Of a stretch of DNA of 64,000 nucleotides, positions 20,238 to 32,292 are shown piece after piece. Within the stretch, counting starts at the first letter, position 1, and each line of letters opens with the position of its first letter. The notes beneath the pieces were generated by a model. It was not told where the DNA came from and ran no database searches. It worked only from the letters and a program-made list of their open reading frames with translations. Where the stretch lies: assembly GCF_003334385.1 (NCBI RefSeq), contig NZ_QOWN01000007.1; one strand, 5' to 3'. A program made the translations under genes and the position numbers. Source of the stretch: Escherichia coli. GTDB lineage: Bacteria; Pseudomonadota; Gammaproteobacteria; Enterobacterales; Enterobacteriaceae.

Positions 20238-21608
20238 TTACTCATTCAGCAACGTCAGCAGAGTTCGCGTTCGCGCTTCCATCAGCGGCACATCACCGCG
20301 CGATTCCACATTCAACCGCACCACCGGTTCGGTGTTGGAGGAGCGCAGGTTAAAACGCCAGTCGGCAAAGGTCATACTGATGCCATCGGTACGATCCACC
20401 GCCAGCGCCTCACGGCTAAAATGCTGTTCCACGCGGTTAATCGCCTCAGCGGGTTGCGCCAGTTTGCTGTTGATCTCACCGCTTGCCGGAAACGCCACCA
20501 TCCGGTCGCGTACCAGTTCGCCCAGCGTTTTCTCTTTCAGGCACACCAGTTCGGCTACCAGTAGCCACGGGATCATGCCGCTGTCGCAGTAAGCGAAATC
20601 ACGGAAGTAATGGTGAGCGCTCATTTCGCCACCGTAGATGGCGTCCTCCTTGCGCATACGTTCTTTAATAAAGGCGTGTCCGGTTTTCGACATTACCGGC
20701 GTGCCACCTGCGGCAGTCACCACATCAACGGTGTTCCAGGAGAGACGTGGATCGTGGATGATCTTCGCGCCGGGATTTTTTTCGAGGAATGCTTCTGCCA
20801 GCAGGCCGACAATGTAATAGCCCTCGATAAACTGCCCTTTTTCGTCAAACAGGAAACAGCGGTCAAAATCGCCATCAAAGGCAATGCCCATATCCGCGCC
20901 GTGTTTGATGACCGCATTGCGGGTGTCGTCGCGACATTCCGGTAGCAGCGGGTTAGGAATACCGTTGGGGAAATTGCCGTCCGGTGTGTTGTGTACTTTG
21001 ATTAATTCCACGGGCGCGCCGAGGGCTTTAAAGCGGGCTTCAATGGCGTCCACCACCGGACCCGCTGCGCCATTCCCGGAGTTGATCACCAGCTTGAGCG
21101 GCGTGAGATTTTTGACATTGATATAACCGAACAGGTGATCAACGTAAGCGTCACGCAGGTTGATTTGCTGATAGCGACCGCGTTTGGTTTCATCGACGGG
21201 AGGAAAGTCGTTGGCTTCAGCCAGACGCTGGACGTCGCGCAGTCCGGTATCACCGCTGATCGGGCGAGCCCCTTCGCGCACCAGCTTCATGCCGTTATAA
21301 TCCATCGGATTATGGCTGGCGGTGACTTCAATGCCGCCATCCACGCCGAGATGGAACGTGGCGAAATAGATCTCTTCGGTGCCGGACATACCGATATCCA
21401 GCACGTCAACGCCCGCATCCTGTAAACCTTTTGCCAGCGCCAGTTTTAAGGTTTCGCTGGTGAGACGGACATCACCGCCTAACACAATGGTTTTCGGTTT
21501 GAGAAATTCGCCATAGGCGCGACCAATGCGCCAGGCGATATCTTCATTCAGTTCTTCGCCTAATTTCCCGCGAATATCATAGGCTTTAAAGCAGGTTAAT
21601 TTTTTCAT
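20238..21608 (-). CDS. cpsG: Phosphomannomutase
   Basis: [35 protein letters not shown]... with the phosphoserine loop TASHNP; 456 aa from the ATG at 21606-21608. The track ORF starts 16 codons upstream, probably spuriously. Confidence 0.9.
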   Translation of the reverse strand: MKKLTCFKAYDIRGKLGEELNEDIAWRIGRAYGEFLKPKTIVLGGDVRLTSETLKLALAKGLQDAGVDVLDIGMSGTEEIYFATFHLGVDGGIEVTASHNPMDYNGMKLVREGARPISGDTGLRDVQRLAEANDFPPVDETKRGRYQQINLRDAYVDHLFGYINVKNLTPLKLVINSGNGAAGPVVDAIEARFKALGAPVELIKVHNTPDGNFPNGIPNPLLPECRDDTRNAVIKHGADMGIAFDGDFDRCFLFDEKGQFIEGYYIVGLLAEAFLEKNPGAKIIHDPRLSWNTVDVVTAAGGTPVMSKTGHAFIKERMRKEDAIYGGEMSAHHYFRDFAYCDSGMIPWLLVAELVCLKEKTLGELVRDRMVAFPASGEINSKLAQPAEAINRVEQHFSREALAVDRTDGISMTFADWRFNLRSSNTEPVVRLNVESRGDVPLMEARTRTLLTLLNE

Positions 21609-21698
21609 GTCGTTACCCTTTTTCAGGCAATAGTTGGCCCTGACCGAAACGGCCAATTTTGTTTTTGTCGTTATTTACATCTCGGTTTCGCATTCATT

Positions 21699-21800
<102 letters not shown>

Positions 21801-23237
21801 TTACACCCGTCCGTAGCGATCCGCGAAGCGCACCACATCATCCTCTTCGAGATAAGAGCCGGAGCGCACTTCAATTAAATCGAGCGGAATTTTCCCCGGG
21901 TTTTCCAGGCAATGCGTCGCCCCCAGCGGAATATAAATGGACTCGTTTTCACCAAGCAGTTTGATATCACCGTCAATGGTGACTTTTGCCGTTCCCGCGA
22001 CCACTACCCAGTGTTCCGCGCGGTGATGATGCATCTGTACTGACAAGCCTTCGCCCGGTTTCACGGTGATGCGTTTCACCTGATAGCGGTCGCCCGCGTC
22101 AATAGAGTCATATTTGCCCCACGGGCGATAGACCTCGCGATGTACCCGATGCTCATGGCGACCATCGGCTTTGATCTGCTCGACCACTTTTTTCACATCC
22201 TGCACCGCGTTACGGTCGGCAATCAGCACCGCATCTTTGGTCTGCACCACTACCAGATCTTTCACCCCGACGGTGGTGACCAGGCCAGATTCGGCGTACA
22301 CATAGCTGTTTTCAGTTTTGTGATTAATCACATCGCCGTGGCAAACGTTGCCCTCGGCGGTGTGGGCGCTGATCTCCCATAATGAAGACCAGGAACCGAC
22401 ATCACTCCAGCCCGCATCCATCGGCACCACAACGGCATCTGCCGTACGTTCCATGACCGCGTAATCCACCGACTCTTCCGGGCAGGCGAGAAACGCTTCT
22501 TCATCCACACGAATAAAATCGAGATCCGGATCAATGGCGCTCATCGCTTTTTCACAGGCATCGAGAATATCCGGGCGATATTTTTTCAGTTCTTCGAGAT
22601 AGCGTCCGGCGCGGAACAGGAACATACCGCTGTTCCAGTAATATTCGCCGCTTGCCACATAGGCCTGGGCGGTTTCCAGATTCGGTTTTTCGACAAACTG
22701 CGCCACTTCAAAGGCCACCGTATCCTGCTCACCCGCAGACACTTCACCGCGACGAATATAGCCATAACCGGTTTCTGGTAGATCCGGCACAATGCCGAAG
22801 GTCACCAGCTTGCCCGCTTCGGCATATGGCATGGCATTACGCACGGCGGCACGGAACGCGTCTTCATCGGCAATCACATGATCCGCCGCCAATACCAGCA
22901 TTAACGGGTCGCTCTCCGGGCTATGACGTTTTGCCGCCAGCGCCGCCAGTGCAATGGCAGGTGCAGTGTTACGCCCTGCCGGTTCGAGAATAATGTTCTC
23001 GGTGAGTTTGTTCAGTTGACGCAGCTGTTCCGCGACAATAAAGCGGTGCTGCTCATTGCAAATCACCACCGGGCTTTCGCACTCCACGCCGTTCAGGCGG
23101 CAGATGGTGGTTTGCAGCATGGTGAGATCGCCTTTCAGGCATAAAAACTGCTTGGGGTAAAGTACGCGGGAAAGCGGCCATAAGCGGCTACCGGAGCCAC
23201 CTGCCATCACAACTGGATAGAGTTTCGACTGCGCCAT
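21801..23237 (-). CDS. cpsB: Mannose-1-phosphate guanylyltransferase
   Basis: 478 aa; [32 protein letters not shown] is the ManC/CpsB N-terminus, with a C-terminal cupin region. Confidence 0.95.
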   Translation of the reverse strand: MAQSKLYPVVMAGGSGSRLWPLSRVLYPKQFLCLKGDLTMLQTTICRLNGVECESPVVICNEQHRFIVAEQLRQLNKLTENIILEPAGRNTAPAIALAALAAKRHSPESDPLMLVLAADHVIADEDAFRAAVRNAMPYAEAGKLVTFGIVPDLPETGYGYIRRGEVSAGEQDTVAFEVAQFVEKPNLETAQAYVASGEYYWNSGMFLFRAGRYLEELKKYRPDILDACEKAMSAIDPDLDFIRVDEEAFLACPEESVDYAVMERTADAVVVPMDAGWSDVGSWSSLWEISAHTAEGNVCHGDVINHKTENSYVYAESGLVTTVGVKDLVVVQTKDAVLIADRNAVQDVKKVVEQIKADGRHEHRVHREVYRPWGKYDSIDAGDRYQVKRITVKPGEGLSVQMHHHRAEHWVVVAGTAKVTIDGDIKLLGENESIYIPLGATHCLENPGKIPLDLIEVRSGSYLEEDDVVRFADRYGRV

Positions 23238-23239
23238 AA

Positions 23240-24463
23240 TTATCCCCGAATATCATTTATAAATTGACGTAACACGTTCTCTTTATCGAGTGTGCGTTCG
23301 GCATATTCACGTGCCACCGTGTTGTGTTTGGGCAGCAGGAGCGCCTGACGGATCCCCGCCACCAGCGCCTCGACCGATTCCGGTTCTACGCAAACCGCAA
23401 TGCCCGGAAAGGTTTCGCAAAGCTGCCCCAGTTCTGTGTGGGCCTCTGCGGTAATCACCGCGTTACCGCCTACCGCCAGAATATTGGTCAGTTTCGACGG
23501 CAATACGGCATCTGCCGCGCCGCGTTTTTGCACCACCAGATGGCAATCGCCCATCTTCAGCAGTGCGGGTAAAGCGTCATACGATTGCAGCGGGAAAAAT
23601 TGCATGTTGCGCAGTCCACGCTGCTGCGCCATTTTTTCCAGCCGCGCTTTGCCGCCGCCCTGCCCGACAATGGCAAAAATCAGCGGTTCATCGCGCAGAC
23701 GATCGGCAGCTTCAATAACGTTTTCCAGCCCCTGCTTTTCACCAATATTGCCGGAGTAAAGAATGATTTTTTTGTTATCCGGCAGGTCAAGCTGGTTACG
23801 AAGGGCGTCAACATCGGCATCTGCAACATGCTGAAAACGGGCAATTTCCGACCAGTTGGGGAAGAAGATGACGTTTTCCGCCGCCACGCCTTTTTCGATG
23901 GCTTTATTCATCATTGAACGCGAAATCGTGGAGACGTTATCGACGTTATGCAGTCCGCTACGTTCGAACGCCGTTGCCAGCTGTGCCACTTTGCCGCCTT
24001 TGCCTTTTCCGGCAAGGCCCAGCCCCAGCATGGCGTCCACTTCGTAATCCTGAATATGCAGCACGGTACGCGCACCAGAGAGCTTCGCCAGCAGGCGCAT
24101 TCCCGGCGTGCAAAACAGCGTTGGCACTACGCCGATAATGCGATCCGGCTTCCAGCGACGTTGCGCCATCAGTGGAAAGAAACTGCTGACGGCAAAACTG
24201 CCGAGATGCAACAAGCGTTTCAGGGTGCTCGGCTGTTTTGGCACGTACAGCGGGCAGCGCCACACCGTGGCGGCCCCCTCTTCTCGTTTGTAGCGCCAGG
24301 CGGAATAGTTCTCGCCCACCTGCCACTGCGGGTAGTAAGGCGGTGCGGTAATAACCCGCACCTCATGACCTTGTGCCGCCAGCCATTCCACCATCTCGCC
24401 GGTGTATTTGCCGATACCGGTTAACTCCGGCGAGTAGTTAATGCCGTAGACCAGTATTTTCAT
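23240..24463 (-). CDS. wcaI: Colanic acid biosynthesis glycosyltransferase WcaI (GT4)
   Basis: 407 aa; [47 protein letters not shown]. Confidence 0.9.
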   Translation of the reverse strand: MKILVYGINYSPELTGIGKYTGEMVEWLAAQGHEVRVITAPPYYPQWQVGENYSAWRYKREEGAATVWRCPLYVPKQPSTLKRLLHLGSFAVSSFFPLMAQRRWKPDRIIGVVPTLFCTPGMRLLAKLSGARTVLHIQDYEVDAMLGLGLAGKGKGGKVAQLATAFERSGLHNVDNVSTISRSMMNKAIEKGVAAENVIFFPNWSEIARFQHVADADVDALRNQLDLPDNKKIILYSGNIGEKQGLENVIEAADRLRDEPLIFAIVGQGGGKARLEKMAQQRGLRNMQFFPLQSYDALPALLKMGDCHLVVQKRGAADAVLPSKLTNILAVGGNAVITAEAHTELGQLCETFPGIAVCVEPESVEALVAGIRQALLLPKHNTVAREYAERTLDKENVLRQFINDIRG

Positions 24464-24942
24464 AATCCGGGTACTCCGGCACGCTTCTCAGCGAGAAAAT
24501 AGGCGCGGCTGTTAGCGTGAACATCGTTACTGGCGAGCAGCGCGTCCGGCGTCAGCCAGCGGTAATCGTCATGCTGCTCATCCGGCAGTATCAGATCTTC
24601 TTCAGCGACTCTGAAGCGAAAACCGAGCACCACATAGTGAGTGGTGAAATCCGTGCCGGAGAAGTTATCGTCATAAAAGTGCTGCCAGACACCGTAAAAC
24701 TGGCCTGCTGTTATCGGCAGACGCAGCCCCAGTTCCGCCATCGTCAGCCGCTCGAATGCGGCTTCCAGCGTTTCGTCTTTCTGCACGCGCCCTCCCGGCA
24801 CAAACCAGTAACCCTGCGCCGGGCGGTTGGTTCTTTTGCCAAGCAGAAACTCGCCGCGACTGTTCTCGACAATAAAGTCGAGAGAGACAAGCGGAGTGGA
24901 GCGCACTACCGTGGCAAAGTCTTCCTGACGTAAAAACATCAT
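24460..24942 (-). CDS. gmm: GDP-mannose mannosyl hydrolase (Nudix)
   Basis: 160 aa; [72 protein letters not shown] contains a Nudix box. Confidence 0.9.
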   Translation of the reverse strand: MMFLRQEDFATVVRSTPLVSLDFIVENSRGEFLLGKRTNRPAQGYWFVPGGRVQKDETLEAAFERLTMAELGLRLPITAGQFYGVWQHFYDDNFSGTDFTTHYVVLGFRFRVAEEDLILPDEQHDDYRWLTPDALLASNDVHANSRAYFLAEKRAGVPGL

Positions 24943-25907
24943 TACCCCCGAAAGCGGTCTTGATTCTCAAGGAACCACTGGTAAGTGCTGGCAAGCCCCG
25001 CTTCCAGTGAGATTTCGTGATACCAGCCAAGCTGATGCAGGCGCGTCACATCCAGCAGTTTGCGCGGCGTACCATCCGGTTTACTGGCATCAAAAACCAC
25101 CCGACCTTTGTAACCCACCACTTTGGCGATGGTTTGCGCCAGCTCGCGGATAGTGCAGTCAACGCCCGTGCCGACGTTAATGTGCGACAGCATCGGCTGG
25201 GTGTTCTCCAGCCAGACTTCGTGCGCCAGCTCCATCACATGAATGCTTGCCGCCGCCATATCATCGACGTGCAGGAATTCACGCATCGGTGTACCGCTGC
25301 CCCACACCACCACGTCCGGCGCATTCTGTGCCGTCGCCTCGTGGAAGCGACGCAGCAATGCAGGGATCACATGCGAATTACTCGGGTGGAAGTTGTCGTG
25401 TGGCCCGTACAGGTTGGTCGGCATGACTGAACGGTAATCTCGTCCGTACTGGCGATTGTAAGATTCGCACAATTTGATCCCGGCGATTTTGGCAATAGCA
25501 TAAGGCTCGTTAGTCGGCTCCAGCGTGCCCTGCAACAACTCGCTTTCTGCCATCGGCTGTTTTGCCAGTTTCGGGTAGATGCAGGACGATCCGAGAAACA
25601 GCAGTTTGTTCACGTCGTTCTGATGCGCGGCGTGAATGATGTTGCTCTCAATCATCATGTTCTGGTAGATGAAATCCGCCGGATAGGTGTTGTTGGCAAC
25701 AATGCCGCCCACTTTCGCCGCCGCCAGATAGACCTGGTCAATACGTTCGCTGGCAAAGAAATCATGCACGGCGCGGCTGTCCAGCAGGTTCAGCTCGTCG
25801 CGGGTGCGTAATACCAGTTCCACATCACCGCGCTGTTCGAGCTGTCGCTTGATGGCGGAACCGACCATCCCGCGATGGCCAGCGATAAAAATTCGTTGTT
25901 TACTCAT
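24942..25907 (-). CDS. fcl: GDP-L-fucose synthase
   Basis: 321 aa; [43 protein letters not shown]. Confidence 0.95.
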   Translation of the reverse strand: MSKQRIFIAGHRGMVGSAIKRQLEQRGDVELVLRTRDELNLLDSRAVHDFFASERIDQVYLAAAKVGGIVANNTYPADFIYQNMMIESNIIHAAHQNDVNKLLFLGSSCIYPKLAKQPMAESELLQGTLEPTNEPYAIAKIAGIKLCESYNRQYGRDYRSVMPTNLYGPHDNFHPSNSHVIPALLRRFHEATAQNAPDVVVWGSGTPMREFLHVDDMAAASIHVMELAHEVWLENTQPMLSHINVGTGVDCTIRELAQTIAKVVGYKGRVVFDASKPDGTPRKLLDVTRLHQLGWYHEISLEAGLASTYQWFLENQDRFRG

Positions 25908-25909
25908 GC

Positions 25910-27031
25910 TTATGACTCCAGCGCGATCGCCACGTCGTAGCCGTGAGATTTCAGCAGAGAGTGTTTTTTCGCCGCCTCGAGGTCATTAGCCACCATTTCA
26001 GACACCATCTCTCTGAGGGTGATTTCCGGTTTCCAGCCCAGTTTTTCGTGCGCTTTAGTCGGGTCGCCGAGCAGCGTTTCAACTTCAGCCGGACGGAAGT
26101 AACGCGGGTCAACGGCGATAATCACATCCCCCGGTTTAACGCCCGGCGCGTCATGCCCGGTGACGGAAACCACAATGCCCTTCTCTTCAACGCCCGTGCC
26201 TTCAAAGCGCAGTTTGATGCCCAGCTGTGCTGCCGCCATTTCTACGAACTGACGCACGGAGTACTGAACGCCGGTAGCAATAACGAAATCTTCTGGCTGT
26301 TCCTGTTGCAGCATCATCCACTGCATTTTTACGTAGTCTTTGGCATGGCCCCAGTCACGCAGGGAATCCATATTGCCGAGGTACAGGCACGACTCCAGCC
26401 CCTGGGCGATGTTGGCGATTGCGCGGGTTATTTTGCGGGTAACGAAGGTTTCGCCACGGCGCGGGGATTCATGGTTGAAGAGAATACCGTTGCAGGCGTA
26501 CATGCCGTAGGATTCGCGGTAGTTAACGGTGATCCAGTAGGCGTACAGTTTGGCGACCGCATACGGAGATCGCGGGTAGAACGGCGTGGTTTCTTTCTGC
26601 GGAATTTCCTGCACCAGACCATACAGTTCAGAGGTGGAAGCCTGATAGAAACGGGTTTTCTTTTCCAGACCGAGGAAGCGGATCGCCTCGAGCAGGCGCA
26701 GCGTACCCATCGCGTCGACGTCAGCGGTATATTCCGGTGACTCAAAAGAAACCGCAACGTGGCTCATTGCCCCCAGGTTGTACACTTCATCCGGCTGTAC
26801 TTCACGCAAAATGCGCGTCAGGTTGGAGGTATCACTCAGGTCGCCATAATGCAGATGGAATTTCGGGTTGCAGGTGTGCGGATCCTGATAAATGTGATCC
26901 ACGCGCTCGGTGTTGAATGACGATGCGCGACGCTTAATACCATGCACCTCGTAACCTTTTTCCAGCAGAAACTCTGCCAGGTAAGAACCGTCTTGTCCGG
27001 TTACACCGGTGATGAGAGCGACTTTTGACAT
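25910..27031 (-). CDS. gmd: GDP-mannose 4,6-dehydratase
   Basis: 373 aa; [50 protein letters not shown]. Confidence 0.95.
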
Positions 27032-27057
27032 GTCTTATTCCTCTGTATTTTTTGAAT

Positions 27058-27606
27058 TTATTCAGTTTCAACGCGTTCGCGTATCACCACTGCTGGATTC
27101 CCCCGGCAAACCACATTTGCCGGAAGCGATTTAAAAACACTGCTTCGCGCACCCACGACGGTGCCGTTACCGATCGTGACGCCTGGGGCAACAAAGACAT
27201 CGGTTGCCAGCCAGCATTTCTCGCCAATCACAATAGGCGTGGCGTTAATGGTGAAATGTTGACTTGCATGGTCGTGGCTCCCGGTGCATAAATAACTTTT
27301 TTGCGATATCACCGAATGTGCGCCAATGGTTATTTCACCGAGGGTATATAAATTGACGTCATCGCCGACCCACGCGTAATCACCTAAGGTTAATTTCCAC
27401 GGATAGGTAATTTTTACTGACGGACGAATAACTACGTTTTTTCCTATTTTTGCGCCGAATAAACGTAATAAAAATGCCCGCCAGCGATACAATACTTGTG
27501 GCGACCAGGCAAATATTGTTGCCTGTACTGCCCACCATAATTGCACTTTAATAGCGTTGCCGCCCCGGAACCCTTTCGGCACCGAGAAACCGCTTAAATC
27601 TTGCAT
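27058..27606 (-). CDS. wcaF: Colanic acid biosynthesis acetyltransferase WcaF (hexapeptide repeat)
   Basis: 182 aa with left-handed beta-helix hexapeptide repeats (IGEKCWLATDVFVAPGVTIGNGTVVGARSSV). Confidence 0.9.
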   Translation of the reverse strand: MQDLSGFSVPKGFRGGNAIKVQLWWAVQATIFAWSPQVLYRWRAFLLRLFGAKIGKNVVIRPSVKITYPWKLTLGDYAWVGDDVNLYTLGEITIGAHSVISQKSYLCTGSHDHASQHFTINATPIVIGEKCWLATDVFVAPGVTIGNGTVVGARSSVFKSLPANVVCRGNPAVVIRERVETE

Positions 27607-27621
27607 CGTTTTCCCTTATAT

Positions 27622-28368
27622 TCAGCTTTTGTTATATAAGGCTTTCGTCTTTGAGGTAGTACGTTGGCGTAAATGCCAGGATAATTCTGCCCAGAAGCCA
27701 GGCACATGTAATATCTGCCGTTGGACTTTTTTGGCGTCAGCACACAATTCCATATTATTGGTGGTTGATACCCCACCCATTGAAAATTCAGACACCAGGC
27801 CATTGAGTTTTTTAAATGCATAACCGGCTTTATACATTTTAGCCGCCAGCGCGTAATCGGAAGAAACTTTATATTCCAGGTCATAACGCCATTTTTTCAA
27901 GCCGGACACCGGGAAAAATATCGCCTGATGACTGGCGGGCAGACTGTGGTAAATATACCAGCCAGGTTTGGCGCTACGTTTAATTTTATGCCCGTCGCCA
28001 AAATCCAGCAGCGCATCGCCGGTGATCATCACGTTATCTTTTTGCATTTTTAACTTACGGACAAAATTTGCGGCATCCTGATGAAAAATATCGCCCGAGT
28101 TGAGAAACAACGCGAACTTGCCTTGTGCCATCGCAATGCCTTTGTTCATGGCGTCGTAGATACCGTTATCTGGCTCGCTGACAAAGCGTAGGTTATAGAT
28201 ACCATTGAGATTTTCCAGATACTCACGGGTGCCGTCATTGGAGCCGCCATCGACAACAATCCATTCGAAGCTGATATCGTCCGCCTGCGCCAGATGCGCC
28301 AGCGAGGCATGTGTTTTGACTATCCCTTCGAGGTTACGAAACGCGACAGTGATTATGCTAAGCAACAT
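27622..28368 (-). CDS. wcaE: Colanic acid biosynthesis glycosyltransferase WcaE (GT2)
   Basis: 248 aa; [47 protein letters not shown]. Confidence 0.9.
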   Translation of the reverse strand: MLLSIITVAFRNLEGIVKTHASLAHLAQADDISFEWIVVDGGSNDGTREYLENLNGIYNLRFVSEPDNGIYDAMNKGIAMAQGKFALFLNSGDIFHQDAANFVRKLKMQKDNVMITGDALLDFGDGHKIKRSAKPGWYIYHSLPASHQAIFFPVSGLKKWRYDLEYKVSSDYALAAKMYKAGYAFKKLNGLVSEFSMGGVSTTNNMELCADAKKVQRQILHVPGFWAELSWHLRQRTTSKTKALYNKS

Positions 28369-28378
28369 GTTCTTATTA

Positions 28379-29596
28379 TTACCTCGTAATATTTAACGCT
28401 TTTCGCAAAATAAACGGACAGACGATTAAAAATGCATATTCCGGGCTAAATATCGAACCGGTAAAAAACAGCGATACCGGAGTAAAAAGATATAATTGCA
28501 CGCGAAAATTGCGGTTATCACCAAAAGCGTTGATCATCATTTTTATCACTTTCCCCATGTACCACAGCGATAAAAACACCGCGAACCAGGAAAAATAAAT
28601 AATCAGCAGATACAAACCATTGTCTATGGTTTTTCCGACATCCGCACCGTTAAATATTCCGAATGATGCGACATATTCATAAAGTGAGCCAAATCTGACT
28701 ACACCGTCAATATGGGTCAAAGAATAACCGACCATCACCAGCGGACCGACAATACGATAATACGATGACGATCCTTCCGTACCTAAATCGCCCAGACGGG
28801 TGGAAATATAAGGAAATGCGATTACCACACCAACCAGGAATACAGCCAGAGAAATCAATGCTAACGGTAACTTTTTCTTAATCGCCTCTTTATTCAGATA
28901 TTGAAATGCCCACTCCAGCAAATAAAACAGGATAAAGGTCATAACCCCTGAAAACGATCCGGATAATATTATCCCTGCGAGAATCATAGCATCTGTTTTA
29001 GGCGTTTTGATACCAAACTGTTTGATGCTGAGCCAAATTGAGATTAATGCCAGAGCGAAAAATGCCGGTTCGAAATAAAGTGCTGTCGTGCGCTTGCCGC
29101 CGAATTTAATGAAATTCAGCACATAGCTGTTGCTGTAAATCAGATATTTCGAAATCGACTCCATAATACTGCTGCCACCGGTGAGGATAATTTGCGCCAT
29201 CTCCACCGCCGCCAGCGCCACCACCAGCCCGACCACCAGATAAAAGAAACGTAATATCTTGCGATGGTTGTGTGGCGAAATCGTTTTAAAGCGAATACTC
29301 CACACCATGCCAATAATGATCACAATATAGACAAACAGCATGGTTGAAGTGACGTATTTACTGGCATCCAACGACTGACCAAACAGGTAGTTAAACGCCG
29401 TGAGTCCCGCACCAATCCCTAAGGCAATAATCAATTTTTTAACGCTGATGCGTTCTAAAAACAGCAGTAATAAGACAGGTAAAAAAGTGACGATGGTGAT
29501 GGGGAAACTTTCGCCAAGCTGGGCGATTTTGACGTTAACCAGCAGGTAGATCAGCGGCAGCAGCAGGTAGCTACAGATTCTGATAGAAGTTGACAT
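28379..29596 (-). CDS. wcaD: Colanic acid polymerase WcaD
   Basis: Polytopic membrane protein; [38 protein letters not shown] from the ATG at 29594-29596 gives about 405 aa. The track ORF extends a further 24 codons into wcaC. Confidence 0.85.
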   Translation of the reverse strand: MSTSIRICSYLLLPLIYLLVNVKIAQLGESFPITIVTFLPVLLLLFLERISVKKLIIALGIGAGLTAFNYLFGQSLDASKYVTSTMLFVYIVIIIGMVWSIRFKTISPHNHRKILRFFYLVVGLVVALAAVEMAQIILTGGSSIMESISKYLIYSNSYVLNFIKFGGKRTTALYFEPAFFALALISIWLSIKQFGIKTPKTDAMILAGIILSGSFSGVMTFILFYLLEWAFQYLNKEAIKKKLPLALISLAVFLVGVVIAFPYISTRLGDLGTEGSSSYYRIVGPLVMVGYSLTHIDGVVRFGSLYEYVASFGIFNGADVGKTIDNGLYLLIIYFSWFAVFLSLWYMGKVIKMMINAFGDNRNFRVQLYLFTPVSLFFTGSIFSPEYAFLIVCPFILRKALNITR

Positions 29597-30788
29597 ACTC
29601 CTCCAGCATCTGTTGTCCACTGTAGGCGGCGCGGCTGCGTTGGCTGAACTCAGCCAGCGTGGTACCAAATATCGCCTGCGCGATTTCCGGTTTGCTTAAC
29701 TGCACCAGTTGCAGCACGTCTTCTTCGCTGACGGTTTTACCGCCGGATTTTTGCAGCACTTCCCGCGCCGCGTCGCTATGGGTGGCAATCACCGGCACGC
29801 CAATCGATAGCGCCTCACACAAAATCAGCGGGTAGTTATCGACGCGAGAACTGAACACCAGCGCATCCATCTGATTGAGCGCGCTCATCAACTTGCGCTT
29901 GTCAGTTTCAAAGCCGTGATTAACCACGTTGCCAGCGGTGAACGGCGAGAACTTACCAAAGGTATGCAGTTCGATTTTATCGCCCAGCGCCATCATCTCA
30001 CGCACCAGTTGCTGGTTAGTCTTGCCGTCGTAACGCAGGTCATGCGCCACCACCGCGATTTTCGGCTTGCCCTGGGTTTCGCGTACCGGAGGCAAGTCCG
30101 CCAGAATCGCTTCTGTTGCCACATCAATACCATTATTGATAATCCGGCAACGCCCTGGACCGTACAGACTATTGAAAGCGTCAGCCACATGCTGGCTGGG
30201 GGAAATAAACTGACAGCCCAGTGCCAGCATCTCGCGGAATAACTGGCGTTTGCCCGCCACCAGCTGGTGCGCCCGATCAATCTTCACCGGCGGATAGTTA
30301 TTTAAGGTCGGGCATTTCTGGCAGCCCGTTTTCCAGCCTTCGCAACCGTCGGTAAAGGCGCAGCGTCCGGTAACGCTCCAGTGATCGTGCAGCGTCCAGA
30401 CCAGAGTGGCGTCCGGTTTATGGTTTTTCACCTTTTCGCAAAAGCGCACCACGCTGTTAAGATTCAACCAGTAGCTGTGCAGCACATGAAAATGCAGGAC
30501 CACCGGACCCGGTGTGCGAGTAATGGTGCGATATAACTCATTGAAATTGCCGAACAGATCGCGATTAAACAGACGAAACAGGGCAATGTTCGCCATCGCG
30601 GTCATCCGCGGCGTATGTTTGATGACCTGCGGATAGTTTTGATGGCTGACGCTCTCTTTGCCGCCTTTGCCGTAACCGTAGACAAAATGTGACGCCAGCC
30701 CCTGTTGCAGCGCACGCTGGTGGAGATCTAACGCCACACCTGCTGCCCCGCCTTCCGCCAGTCGCACATTAAATTGCAAAATATTCAT
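29571..30788 (-). CDS. wcaC: Colanic acid biosynthesis glycosyltransferase WcaC (GT4)
   Basis: 405 aa; MNILQFNVRLAEGGAAGVALDLHQRALQQGLASHFVYGYGKGG. Confidence 0.9.
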   Translation of the reverse strand: MNILQFNVRLAEGGAAGVALDLHQRALQQGLASHFVYGYGKGGKESVSHQNYPQVIKHTPRMTAMANIALFRLFNRDLFGNFNELYRTITRTPGPVVLHFHVLHSYWLNLNSVVRFCEKVKNHKPDATLVWTLHDHWSVTGRCAFTDGCEGWKTGCQKCPTLNNYPPVKIDRAHQLVAGKRQLFREMLALGCQFISPSQHVADAFNSLYGPGRCRIINNGIDVATEAILADLPPVRETQGKPKIAVVAHDLRYDGKTNQQLVREMMALGDKIELHTFGKFSPFTAGNVVNHGFETDKRKLMSALNQMDALVFSSRVDNYPLILCEALSIGVPVIATHSDAAREVLQKSGGKTVSEEDVLQLVQLSKPEIAQAIFGTTLAEFSQRSRAAYSGQQMLEEYVNFYQNL

Positions 30789-31273
30789 TTAATTACCTTC
30801 ACTCGCGCTTTTTCTCCCACCACCAGCGCGTTGTCCGGGACAGAGTCGAGCACCACGCTGCCCGCACCCACGGTGACGTTGTTACCAAGCGTGATATCAC
30901 CAAGAATAATGACGTTGGCACCGAGTTCGACGCCGTTGCCAATGTGTGGACATGCCATGTTATCGGCACCACGATTGCCGATAGTGACGCCGTGGCGAAT
31001 GGTGAAATCATCCCCCGCCACCACGTTTTTATTGATCACTACGGCGTAACCGTGATGGATAGTAAAGCGGCGGCCAATGGTCGCGGCGGCCTGGATTTCA
31101 TAACCGAAAAAGCATTCGGTGATAATGCGATACAGCACCAGCAGCGGGGCCGCCCACAGATTGTTGAGGACGTTCTTTTTGCGCCACACCGAACAAAAAT
31201 GAGCAACGCGATAGGCAAGAACCATGCAGCACGGGCGTAAACTCCAGCTGTTGGCGCGCAGATCTTCCAGCAT
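30785..31273 (-). CDS. wcaB: Colanic acid biosynthesis acetyltransferase WcaB (serine acetyltransferase-like hexapeptide repeat)
   Basis: 162 aa; hexapeptide repeats (IGRRFTIHHGYAVVINKNVVAGDDFTIRHGVTIGNRG). Confidence 0.9.
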   Translation of the reverse strand: MLEDLRANSWSLRPCCMVLAYRVAHFCSVWRKKNVLNNLWAAPLLVLYRIITECFFGYEIQAAATIGRRFTIHHGYAVVINKNVVAGDDFTIRHGVTIGNRGADNMACPHIGNGVELGANVIILGDITLGNNVTVGAGSVVLDSVPDNALVVGEKARVKVIK

Positions 31274-31275
31274 CT

Positions 31276-32115
31276 TTAGCGCCCCCGAATACCATCAGCC
31301 AGACGTTTGCCGTTACGCACCGACAGCAGCGTCAGCAAAGTGCGCCAGGTCATACGTTTATTGCGGATCTGGTAGAGGGTAAACAGCTGATATTTTTTGC
31401 TTGCACGGTCAAATTTATCTTTGTGCTTGCGGTAAAAGTGGAAGTACCCGGAGAATTTTTTCGGTGACGAGGTGATCTGCATTTCACCGTGATTGATATG
31501 CAGGATCTGCGTCGCCTCTTCCACTTTCCACGGTTCGCCATACTCCACCACCATCCGCAGGAAGATGTCGTAATCCTGTGCTGCTTTCAGTTCGGTATCG
31601 AACAAGCACTCTTTGAAACGCCACGCCCAGGTAAAAACCTGATTGCCAATGATATTGCGTTTATAGAACAGGCGGCGTGAGTACGGCGATTTGGGATACA
31701 GTGGTAAGCTTGCTGGTTGGGAATAAACTTCTCCCTGGCATACGTAGTCGTTAGCGTACAAAAAGGCGTGAGTGACCAGTTGCTGTTTATGGGCGAGGAA
31801 GACGCTCAGGCGGTTGGGCGTCCATTCATCATCGTCATCGATCCCGGTAATGTATTCCCCTTGCGCCAGCATAATCGCCTGGTTACGTACCGCGCACGCC
31901 CCGCTGTTAATGTCGTTGTGAATGTAGGTAATACGCGGATCGTTGAGGGCAGTGACGTACTGTTGCAGTTGTTCCCAGGAGGTGGAGCAATCATCCACGA
32001 TGATCATCTCCCAGTTGCTGTAGTCCTGGCGCAGGACCGATTTTATCGCCCGAATCGCCAGTTGTTGGCGGTTCCAGGTCGGCATATAGATTGAAATCAG
32101 CGGATTGTCTTTCAT
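31276..32115 (-). CDS. wcaA: Colanic acid biosynthesis glycosyltransferase WcaA (GT2)
   Basis: 279 aa; MKDNPLISIYMPTWNRQQLAIRAIKSVLRQDYSNWEMIIVDDCSTS. Confidence 0.9.
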   Translation of the reverse strand: MKDNPLISIYMPTWNRQQLAIRAIKSVLRQDYSNWEMIIVDDCSTSWEQLQQYVTALNDPRITYIHNDINSGACAVRNQAIMLAQGEYITGIDDDDEWTPNRLSVFLAHKQQLVTHAFLYANDYVCQGEVYSQPASLPLYPKSPYSRRLFYKRNIIGNQVFTWAWRFKECLFDTELKAAQDYDIFLRMVVEYGEPWKVEEATQILHINHGEMQITSSPKKFSGYFHFYRKHKDKFDRASKKYQLFTLYQIRNKRMTWRTLLTLLSVRNGKRLADGIRGR

Positions 32116-32178
32116 AGGTTGTTCTCCCGGAGTGTCGAGATGTTCTGCCGGTTTATAAGCTTGTTTACGGGTTCTGTT

Positions 32179-32285
32179 GCCGGATGCGGCGTGAGCGCCT
32201 TATCCGGCCTACGGAGCTGGTTTGCTTGCCGGATGCGGCGTGAAGGTAGGTCGGATAAGATGCGTCAGCATCGCATCCGACAGCG
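32179..32285. repeat. REP palindromic units between wcaA and wzc
   Basis: gccggatgcggcgtgagcgccttatccggcctac ... gccggatgcggcgtgaaggtaggtcggataag ... catcgcatccgaca. Confidence 0.8.
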
Positions 32286-32292
32286 GATGTCG

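Noticed and set aside
25943-26740. Long antisense ORFs inside high-GC genes (e.g. 25943..26740 in gmd, 15734..16399 in wcaK, 18636..19274 in wcaJ, 33634..34137 in wzc, 42707..43141 in yegE)
   Set aside because: Each is fully embedded opposite a gene with strong homology-based support; high-GC coding DNA commonly yields long stop-free antisense frames, and their compositions are Arg/His-rich and not protein-like.
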